A stretch of DNA of 56,675 bases from an uncultured Planctomycetales bacterium (GTDB lineage Bacteria > Planctomycetota > Phycisphaerae > UBA1845 > PWPN01): NCBI GenBank assembly GCA_964615635.1, contig CAZTQK010000002.1, forward strand, positions 1-56,675. The letters are read 5' to 3'. Below the pieces are notes generated by a model. It had not been told where the DNA came from and did no database searches. It saw only the letters and a list, made by a program, of their open reading frames with translations. Made by a program: the position numbers and the translations under genes. Each line of letters starts with the position of its first letter. The stretch's first letter is position 1. Of this stretch, positions 12,921 through 20,462 are shown one piece after another.

Positions 12921-13226
12921 GAGCCGACTGAGCGTACCGAGACAGGCTTACATCATACTCCATTCGTCAGCGGAAGCGGAATCGGCGCTGCCGCACTCTG
13001 CGGCTTGACCTCCCGCTGCAAGATCCATAGCATTTGGACTGCCCCCGGAGTTAGACGAGGCTGATCATTGCGGTCGTGGTCTTGTGTCCGTATTCACACC
13101 AGGCCGGGAGCATTCCTCATGCACGCACTCAACCGGGTCGGGGTTCCGAACGCCATTGCACCTGCCGGTCTGCACGGAACGCGGAGTCGCTGTCACCGTC
13201 TCTTTCCATCGGCATGGAGTCCAAGC

Positions 13227-15770
13227 ATGAGCAGGAGTCTGTATCTATCCATTCTGTTGACTGTGGGAATGACGACGGTGAACGAAACCGTCCAAGCCGG
13301 CGAGCCGCCCGAGTGGGCGGTGGCCGAATGTAAAGGACTGAGTGCCTTTGCCGAGGTGGTCCACCACTGGCTCGATCGCCAGAAGCCCGACGGCAGTTTC
13401 GGTTTTGGTCTCGATGATGACTGCGAATTCTACAAGACCTGGCCGATCTTCGTTCTGGCCGCCGACGACCAGCGGGTTCTCGAAAGCCTGCGCAAGGCAA
13501 TGGATTGGGTCTGGTACGACGACCGCCTTCAGGATGGCTTTGTGGCCGCACCACGGGATGTGCCGCACGCCTCTGAAGTCACGTCTTACACCGCTCCACT
13601 CATGTCCATCATCGACTACGGAAACCCGATCTTCATCGAGCGGCTGATGGTCACGAGCAAGAACATCGAGAAATGGACAAGTATCAACCAGGCCGGGCAT
13701 CGCCATTTCCGCTGCAACTGGCTCGGTTCGCAGGAGTGCCCGGAATATGCCTATTTCGCTTCCGATGTCGCCATCATCTCGCGGGCCACGATCCCGATGA
13801 TGCACCTGCTGTGGTACAACCGCGACAACGATCTGGCCCGCTACTACACCGAGTGGGGCCGCGCCTGGGTCGATCACGCCAGAGAAACAATATGGGGGAA
13901 ACCTTACGGACTGTTGCCGATCGAAGTGGTTTTCGAGACCGACGAGGCCGGCGGATTCACGAAGAACTGGAAGACGTCCGCCGCCGCCCGATCGCGATAC
14001 GATCGCCTGTATGAGATGCTGATGGTCAACTACATGATCACCGGCGACGCCGAGTTCCTGCTGCCGATCCGAGCCACCTTGACCTACCAGGCGTCAACGG
14101 ACGGGATCGAGGAGCACCTGTGGGAGATGTACCGGGCGTTGACCGGTGACACGCAGTATGACCGCTACGCCGAGGATCGTCCCCTCAAAGCGACACGGCA
14201 GTTGGCCATCACCGCCGGCCACAAGGCGGTGGACCTGGCCCGCAAGAGCCTGGAAATCGCCAAGACCATCAATGTCAGCAACTCGACCGACAACTACCGG
14301 GCCCAACTGGACAATGAGCCGTTGTGCTATCACCTTTACGAACTCTATCTCGGCTCCAACTGCTGGCCGGCCAAGGACCATGTCGATCTCCCCTTCCCGG
14401 CGGTCCGCTGGCGGCACGGCCGTTACGAGTTGGGTGTGATGCTTCTGGAGCATGGCCAAACCGGTTTCAAAGCGGTCTGCTGTAACGTGGGCAAGCAGAC
14501 AAGAGCGTTTGGTGCGCAGTTCTTCGAGCTGCAGCCGGGTGCGTACTCGATGACGCTGGGTGTTGACACCAACGCCGACGATCGCGTCGACCGGCCGATT
14601 CGCGAAGAGCTTGTCGAGGTCGAACGGGGAACCGAAATCGCGTTCGAGCTGGAGCCGGCCGTCGAGTACATCCTGGAGCTGCGGCAGTTGAGCAAGGGGC
14701 CGGGCTGGTCTTCTCAGGCCGACCTGGCAATCTGCGATCGCGACGTCTTCTGTTCGTCTCCGGCCCCCGGGGCGGGCACGGCCGTAACGCTGAAGATCCG
14801 TGTACACAATATCGGCTCGCAAGATGCTGCTCATGTCTCAGTCTGGGCCGAAGAATTGCCCGGGGGTCGGCTCATCGGGCAACGTTCCATCGCCTGGTTG
14901 CCCAAGCCACGCAATATGGTCCCCAGCTCCGTGATCGTGACCATGCCCTGGACTGTCGGTGCGGACGCTCAGAGCGTTCACGTCGTCATCGACAACGACC
15001 ATGTCGTTGAGGAAATCTACGAAGGCAACAACCAAGCGACGGTCGCCCTGGCGCAGATCCCCGAGGGCCCGCGGCTCAAGCGGAAGGTTTATGTCCCTGA
15101 ATGGCACGAACAGGAGCGGCTGGGCCCCGTGGCGAAATACACCGCGGCTTACATCGCCGAGCAGATCACCATCGACGGCAAGGTGGATGAGCCGGCCTGG
15201 CGCAAGGCTGAACGCCGCGGACCGCTGAACAACCTCCAGGAACGGCCCAACGAAAAAGCCACATTCGTCCGTATTGCCTACGGTCCCGATGCGTTGTACT
15301 ACGCCATGGAATGCCCCGAACCCGATATGGATCGGCTCATCGAGATTGCCACCAAACACGATGAGCACGCCATCTTTGAGAGCGACAGTTTCGAGTTCTT
15401 CATCGACCCGAACCTGAGCAGGCGAACGTACTACCAGTTCGCCGCCTGCACGAACGGCCTGACCGCCGAAGGGCGGCACTTCAACTATGACCTGTTCAAC
15501 AAACCGTGGGAATGCCGCGTCTTCAAGGGCCGCGATTTCTGGTCGGCCGAAGCGAAGATCCCGTATGTTTCCATCGACGCCGTTGCCCGCCCGGGCGACG
15601 TCTGGGGCATGAATGTCTATCGAACCACGCGTTCCTTCTCGGCGCCGAAATCGGTGGAAGAGCGCGAAAAAGGCTGGAAGGACAGCGAGCGCAACGCGCT
15701 GTCACCAACGTTCAGCGATTTCCATCAGCCGCGCCGCTTCGCAGAGGTTACCTTCGGGCCCAGACCATGA
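13227..15770 (+). CDS. large secreted multidomain protein with CARDB-like and CBM9/DOMON-like C-terminal domains
   Basis: Start at MSRSLYLSILLTVGMTTVNETVQA (signal peptide). The CARDB-like segment is VTLKIRVHNIGSQDAAHVSVWAEE...EEIYEGNNQATV. The CBM9-like segment is IDGKVDEPAWRKAE...DSFEFFIDPN...YYQFAA...WSAEAKIP...GDVWGMNVYR. Confidence 0.75.
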   Translation: MSRSLYLSILLTVGMTTVNETVQAGEPPEWAVAECKGLSAFAEVVHHWLDRQKPDGSFGFGLDDDCEFYKTWPIFVLAADDQRVLESLRKAMDWVWYDDRLQDGFVAAPRDVPHASEVTSYTAPLMSIIDYGNPIFIERLMVTSKNIEKWTSINQAGHRHFRCNWLGSQECPEYAYFASDVAIISRATIPMMHLLWYNRDNDLARYYTEWGRAWVDHARETIWGKPYGLLPIEVVFETDEAGGFTKNWKTSAAARSRYDRLYEMLMVNYMITGDAEFLLPIRATLTYQASTDGIEEHLWEMYRALTGDTQYDRYAEDRPLKATRQLAITAGHKAVDLARKSLEIAKTINVSNSTDNYRAQLDNEPLCYHLYELYLGSNCWPAKDHVDLPFPAVRWRHGRYELGVMLLEHGQTGFKAVCCNVGKQTRAFGAQFFELQPGAYSMTLGVDTNADDRVDRPIREELVEVERGTEIAFELEPAVEYILELRQLSKGPGWSSQADLAICDRDVFCSSPAPGAGTAVTLKIRVHNIGSQDAAHVSVWAEELPGGRLIGQRSIAWLPKPRNMVPSSVIVTMPWTVGADAQSVHVVIDNDHVVEEIYEGNNQATVALAQIPEGPRLKRKVYVPEWHEQERLGPVAKYTAAYIAEQITIDGKVDEPAWRKAERRGPLNNLQERPNEKATFVRIAYGPDALYYAMECPEPDMDRLIEIATKHDEHAIFESDSFEFFIDPNLSRRTYYQFAACTNGLTAEGRHFNYDLFNKPWECRVFKGRDFWSAEAKIPYVSIDAVARPGDVWGMNVYRTTRSFSAPKSVEEREKGWKDSERNALSPTFSDFHQPRRFAEVTFGPRP

Positions 15771-15827
15771 ATGCAATCCGCCGGTGGCGGAGAGGATAGG
15801 AGATTGTGGTTTCTTTCGGCCCGACGC

Positions 15828-16760
15828 TCACACGCGGCGCCGGCGGAGGATCAACAGGCTGCCGGCTGCGAGCAATGCGGCCGTCGCCGGCTCGGGAATC
15901 ACCTCGATGTTGTCGATCAGCGTCACGTTCAGAAGGACGTCATTGGGATCGGTCGACGAACTCGCGTTGGTGTCGCTGTGGCCGAAGAAAATGTTTCCTC
16001 CGCCCAGGGTCACGGTGCTCAGGTCGACCTTTGCCAGCGGCAGCCCGTCGATCGACCAAGTCGCAAAGCCGTCGGCGACATCGATGATTACCCTGCGCCA
16101 TGCGAAGCTGGTCTCACCGACGTCGGTGCTGCCGGTTTGCCCTGGGAAGAGGGCAACCTGTGCACCGGGCGCCGACTGGCCGGTGAAGCCGGCGTAGTAG
16201 GCGTCGCTGTTGTTAATGCTGGTGGCGAAGTAGACCGGATTGCCGGCCGGGTACGAGGTCGATGCGGCCGACGAATACGCGCGGAAGTCCGACGCGGAGC
16301 CGCCGTCCAGCGTCGTGCCGAATGCCACGCTCTCCTTCGGGCTCGAACCGGGCCAGATGGCGACGTTGCCGGCCGTCCCGATGCCGTAGAGCGTGATCTG
16401 CGTTGAGCCGCTGCCGCCAGCCCCCAGGGGACCGACGTAGTTCTGCCACATATCGAAGGACACCGAGTAGTTTCCGGAGAAGCTCTGACCGTTTGGCGAC
16501 ACGCTAAAGCCGGAGAACACTCCCCCGCTGTTGTTGGCCGTCAGCTTCAGGCCGCGGGTGCCCGTCCCGTTCGGGGCGGAAGGCACACCGATCGCTGAGT
16601 AGTCGTAATGAAAGTCCGCCAGCACATCCGACAGGCCCGGATCATTGACAGTCCAGTTCGCTGTCGGGTCCACGTCGAAGTTCTCATTGTACAGGCTTGC
16701 CGAGGTCGAGCCCGCCGACACGGTAGCCGCCAGGACACCCAGGATGATCAGCCGATTCAT
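15828..16760 (-). CDS. PEP-CTERM sorting-domain secreted protein
   Basis: Start at MNRLIILGVLAATVSAGSTSA (AGGAGG SD). The C-terminus is VIPEPATAALLAAGSLLILRRRRV: a PEP motif, a TM helix and a basic tail. Confidence 0.85.
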   Translation of the reverse strand: MNRLIILGVLAATVSAGSTSASLYNENFDVDPTANWTVNDPGLSDVLADFHYDYSAIGVPSAPNGTGTRGLKLTANNSGGVFSGFSVSPNGQSFSGNYSVSFDMWQNYVGPLGAGGSGSTQITLYGIGTAGNVAIWPGSSPKESVAFGTTLDGGSASDFRAYSSAASTSYPAGNPVYFATSINNSDAYYAGFTGQSAPGAQVALFPGQTGSTDVGETSFAWRRVIIDVADGFATWSIDGLPLAKVDLSTVTLGGGNIFFGHSDTNASSSTDPNDVLLNVTLIDNIEVIPEPATAALLAAGSLLILRRRRV

Positions 16761-17005
16761 AATTGTTCCTCCTGTTTGGGTACAGCCTCGACGCCAAGGG
16801 TAGGTCGGCCCGGTGTGAGGCGTGGGTAGACCGATGCGTCCCATCGAACGCGACAAGTAGTCTGCAAATGGCAATGACTGCCTGAGCAATGTGGCCTCTC
16901 CTCCAGACCGTCCTACTATAGGACGCCAGGTTCGGCACTGACCACTTAAAAACCGGGAATCCGTCCGCTCTGGTCGCAGATGGACGGGGCGGCAGCTATC
17001 GGCTT

Positions 17006-17254
17006 ATGCTGCCGCGGGCCACGGCCACGGTATTCGTCGCAGACTATCGTCTGACTACCAAATGCGACGTCGACCAGGCGGATTTCGACGCGTTTCAAGC
17101 CTGCCTGTCCGGGTCTTTTGTCCCTCAGACCGAGCCCACCTGCGCATCTGCTCTGCCGGAAGAGGACAACGACGTGGATCAGGGCGAATGGGCCCGGTTC
17201 ATGGCCTGCTTTACGGGGCCAAGCGATCCCGCGAACTACCGGTGCGCGGAGTGA
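17006..17254 (+). CDS. small ORF made of two dockerin/EF-hand-like repeats; possibly a remnant of a larger secreted protein
   Basis: CDVDQADFDAFQACLSG and DVDQGEWARFMACFTGP resemble the C-terminal tag of the 28295-28900 protein (DSDVDQSDFGIFQRCYG). No signal peptide is present and the start is weak. Confidence 0.35.
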   Translation: MLPRATATVFVADYRLTTKCDVDQADFDAFQACLSGSFVPQTEPTCASALPEEDNDVDQGEWARFMACFTGPSDPANYRCAE

Positions 17255-17661
17255 GCGCCAAGAGAGACGTATCGCCAATGCTTTTTCCCCATCGCATCTC
17301 GCCGATCCGGAAGATTCTGCTGAATCGGTCGCCCGGGCACGAGACCGTGCCCGTAACCTCATGAACGATACGTGGGCCTCCAACGACAACCAGTAGCTCG
17401 CGAGCCGAAGACAGCCATGTCGAGGCGAGTCAATCCTCGCCGCCTGACGCCTGGACCATCCTTGCAGACGACCTCAAAACGGCTGCGGTCGTCGGGGATG
17501 CCCCAGACTTGTGTCCGATAATATCGCTTTTCCTCAGCACATATCGTCGCTCGTTGCAGTTGTCTTTTGACTCCATGCCGAGCAGGCGATGGCCGATAAC
17601 CATTGTGCGGGGTTGCGATGCCAGCCCACGAATGCGTTGCATGTGACCGGGAGGCACTCGG

Positions 17662-17883
17662 TTGGAAGAGGAACGACCAGACAGACTCGGCGCGGTGACA
17701 GCGGACCAGAAGTACCCGCAGGCCGGAGTCCCTGCGCAGGAGAGTGAGATCTCCAGGCAGCCAGATGCTACCGGGACGCGGCGCCACTTCCTTGGCCGCT
17801 CGGCGCGCAAGCTGGCCTATATCTCGCCGGTGGTACTGCTGCTGCGGCCGCGCCCGGCGTGCGCGTCGCGGATCTACTCGTGA
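17662..17883 (+). CDS. candidate precursor/substrate peptide of the PqqD-kinase-NTase cassette (73 aa, ends ...ACASRIYS)
   Basis: TTG start 7 nt after GGGAGG. The stop lies 5-17 nt before the PqqD-like gene. The C-terminal half, TRRHFLGRSARKLAYISPVVLLLRPRPACASRIYS, looks like a Tat-type signal followed by only a few residues and a terminal Ser. Confidence 0.4.
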   Translation: MEEERPDRLGAVTADQKYPQAGVPAQESEISRQPDATGTRRHFLGRSARKLAYISPVVLLLRPRPACASRIYS

Positions 17884-17900
17884 AGTGATTGGCGCGGCCA

Positions 17901-18242
17901 ATGGATCCCATGACGATGTCGTCAGGTTCACGGAAGGACTCATCAGGCGACCAACGGCGCTGGATGCCTATCCGGCGCGAGGGCCTCTGTTGCCGGGCGC
18001 TCGACGATGAAGCGGTTCTCTACGACCCCGCCCATCATGCAGTCCACTACCTGAACCGGACGGCCTGGTTCATCTGGAACTGCTGCAACGGCCGGCGCGA
18101 TGTCGAGGACATTGTCTTAGAGGTCGCCGCGGGATTTGAGCCGAGTGCCGGCCACGACAACCCGCTGGCGGTGATTCGCGACGACGTTCGCTGCACCCTG
18201 TCGAATCTGACGGAGAACGGCCTGATCGAGTCGGCTTTATGA
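17901..18242 (+). CDS. PqqD-family protein (RiPP recognition element-like)
   Basis: LDDEAVLYDPAHHAVHYLNRTAWFIWNCCNGRRDVEDIVLEV...DDVRCTLSNLTENGLIE matches the PqqD/RRE pattern. The start is uncertain (TTG 17889, or ATG 17901/17910/17916). Confidence 0.8.
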   Translation: MDPMTMSSGSRKDSSGDQRRWMPIRREGLCCRALDDEAVLYDPAHHAVHYLNRTAWFIWNCCNGRRDVEDIVLEVAAGFEPSAGHDNPLAVIRDDVRCTLSNLTENGLIESAL

Positions 18243-19195
18243 TCGAACCCGCAATCTCTAACACGGTTGAAACGTCTGCTTCGTCGCGTGCTCGTTCCAG
18301 CTTTCGCTTGTTCGGTGGCTGGCCCGAAGCTCGCTGCTATCACATTGGACCCGTGCCCGTGTCGCTCAGCAGCGTCCTGCCAGGTGTCGCGGCGGACTTT
18401 CACGAGCTGTACGGCACCTACGAGGTCGAGGCACCCGCCGGCAACGAGTTCGAAATACGAGTCATCGCTAAGCGGTCCGCACGATCGCTTCGGCGTTACT
18501 ATCATGTGGTCGCCAACGGGGAAAGCCTGTTCGCGATGCGGAACGAAAACGAGATCCTTCCGCACGTGGAATGGGCGATCAACACCATGGTTGCCACGCG
18601 GATGTCGCAGTATCTGCAGATTCACGCGTCGGTTGTGGCCCGCGACGGCAGGGCAATCATCTGTCCGGGCCAGCCGGGCCAGGGCAAGACGACTTTGGCG
18701 GCCGCATTGCTCACGCGGGGTTGGTCGTACCTGTCTGACGAATTCGCGCTGTTCAATCCTCAGACGCAGTTGCTCGAGCCTTATCCCAAAGCCTTGTGCA
18801 TCAAGGCGGGTTCCTTCGATGTCCTGCGCCGAATGCGCCTGCCGATCGATGTTGATCGAGTCTACTACAAGGGTGAAAAGGGACGCGTGACGCTGCTCGA
18901 CCCTCTCAAGATTCGGCCGAACATCGTCGCGGGTCATTGCCGGTTGGATATGGTGATCTTCCCGGAGGTTAACCATTCGTCCACTCCGGTCATTGAGAAC
19001 GTCTCCCGGGCCCAGACGGTCTTCGAGCTGACGCGTTGCTCCTTCAATTTCGGGAAGTTCCGCGAGCCCGGATTCAACCTGCTGGCCGACGTCGTCGAAC
19101 AAGTCGGCTGCTACCGACTTCGATGCGGGCATCTCGGGACGACTTGCGATCTGGTTGAGGCATTCTTCTCCCGCCAAAGCGGCCAGGAGACATAG
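18239..19195 (+). CDS. HPr kinase/phosphorylase-like P-loop protein (HprK-related kinase)
   Basis: ATGA start/stop overlap with the PqqD gene. Walker A is in an HprK C-domain-like context: AIICPGQPGQGKTTLAAALLTRGWSYLSDEFALF. Confidence 0.8.
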   Translation: MIEPAISNTVETSASSRARSSFRLFGGWPEARCYHIGPVPVSLSSVLPGVAADFHELYGTYEVEAPAGNEFEIRVIAKRSARSLRRYYHVVANGESLFAMRNENEILPHVEWAINTMVATRMSQYLQIHASVVARDGRAIICPGQPGQGKTTLAAALLTRGWSYLSDEFALFNPQTQLLEPYPKALCIKAGSFDVLRRMRLPIDVDRVYYKGEKGRVTLLDPLKIRPNIVAGHCRLDMVIFPEVNHSSTPVIENVSRAQTVFELTRCSFNFGKFREPGFNLLADVVEQVGCYRLRCGHLGTTCDLVEAFFSRQSGQET

Positions 19196-19196
19196 G

Positions 19197-20372
19197 ATGC
19201 GTCGCGGAGACAGCGGACAGGTCGGCCAAAGGCTTGACAGTCTGCTTGCGGGCTGCCTCACGGATCGTGCGTTGTTGGCGGTTGAGGAAGTCGCTCGCGA
19301 CGGACTGTGGGAGCAGATGGTCGGGTATGCCTGCTCGGCCGGGGTTGGCGGGGCGATCGCCCGCCAGATGGCTGCACGCAATGTGGATCTCCCGCACGCC
19401 GCATCGATGCAACTCAACTCTTACAGACAGCACGTGGCGGCGGCAACGACCTATGGGATGGCGAAAAGCGAGTCGGCATTGGCCCGTCTGCAGGAAGCCG
19501 GGATCCCGTTCCTGGTGCTCAAGGGGGCGGCACTGAATACGGTGCTGTACGACGGACCGGGCCTCCGGCCAATGATGGATGTCGATCTGCTGATTCGGCC
19601 TTCTGACGCGCAGCGAGCCGACGCCGCACTCGCAAGCTTCGGCTGCCGTCGGGGCCCCGATCTGGTCAATGAAAACTTCTACCCGCGTTTCTACTATGAG
19701 CGGGAGTACTTCCTGCCCTGCCGTCCGGAGGTCAAGATCGACCTGCACGTGCGGCCGTTCCGTCCGCTGCGATACGCCGCCATTCTGCCCGACGACGTCT
19801 TGTGGGACAAACCGATGTCGGTCCGTTACGGCCGCTTGACGGTACTGATCCCGAACGTTGAGAACATGCTGATCCACTTGGCCGTCCACGCCGCCTGCCA
19901 CGGCGCGGGCGAGCTGAAATGGCTCTACGATATCAAGCTGTGGCTGGAACGATACGGAGATCGTCTTGATATCGATGAGCTGGTCAACAAATGCCGCAAG
20001 TGGAAGCTCACCTGGCCGGCACGTGTGGCGTTGGAGCAGGTCGGACGGCTGTTCAGTGAATCCTCCATCTATCTGCAGCGGGTGTTGGATGCATTGCGTC
20101 GGCAACCGGCTGGCTGGCAAGATCGACTCGCGCTGGCCCAGTGCCCTCGTGACGCGGCCCATCCGCTGGCCGCCGTCGCGGTGAACGTGCTCTGTACGCC
20201 GGGCGTCCGATTCAAGCTTGGCTACCTTCGGGCCGTGCTGCTCCCTGGCCGATCGCACCTGGCCCAACTCTACCACGGCCGCCATCCCGGCTGGCCGCTC
20301 GTGGCCCACGCCGTTCGGATCGGCCGTCGCCTGACACGGCGATTCTCCCGCACCTCCGCCGAGCACGCGTAG
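19197..20372 (+). CDS. uncharacterised nucleotidyltransferase family protein (PF14907/NTP_transf_5-like)
   Basis: The ATG lies 1 nt after the kinase stop, with GGAG upstream. FLVLKGAALNTVLYDGPGLRPMMDVDLLIRPSD is the family hallmark (LKG...R..DxDLL). Confidence 0.75.
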   Translation: MRRGDSGQVGQRLDSLLAGCLTDRALLAVEEVARDGLWEQMVGYACSAGVGGAIARQMAARNVDLPHAASMQLNSYRQHVAAATTYGMAKSESALARLQEAGIPFLVLKGAALNTVLYDGPGLRPMMDVDLLIRPSDAQRADAALASFGCRRGPDLVNENFYPRFYYEREYFLPCRPEVKIDLHVRPFRPLRYAAILPDDVLWDKPMSVRYGRLTVLIPNVENMLIHLAVHAACHGAGELKWLYDIKLWLERYGDRLDIDELVNKCRKWKLTWPARVALEQVGRLFSESSIYLQRVLDALRRQPAGWQDRLALAQCPRDAAHPLAAVAVNVLCTPGVRFKLGYLRAVLLPGRSHLAQLYHGRHPGWPLVAHAVRIGRRLTRRFSRTSAEHA

Positions 20373-20462
20373 CGGGGCGTCGATCTCGCTTGTCTCGATA
20401 ATCTCGCGTATCCTATCACCCATGTGAGATTGTCATTCCGTTTCAGTCAGACGAGGTGCGAC

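Noticed and set aside
16946-17389. 147-aa minus-strand ORF overlapping the dockerin-like ORF
   Set aside because: The composition is Arg/Ser/Gly-rich and non-protein-like, with no motif. The plus-strand frame at least carries a recognisable repeated tag.
17662-20372. Calling the cassette a canonical lasso-peptide biosynthetic gene cluster
   Set aside because: No Asn-synthetase-like cyclase, no transglutaminase-like leader protease and no ABC exporter occur anywhere in the window. The candidate peptide also lacks the usual Thr(-2)/Gly1...Asp/Glu7-9 lasso core layout.
18047-20423. Long minus-strand ORFs (456 aa and 449 aa) antisense to the PqqD/kinase/NTase genes
   Set aside because: Their composition is Arg/Ala/Gly-rich and low-complexity, typical of antisense frames in high-GC DNA. 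The plus-strand frames carry specific motifs (Walker A, PqqD pattern, DVDLL) and coupled start/stop junctions.
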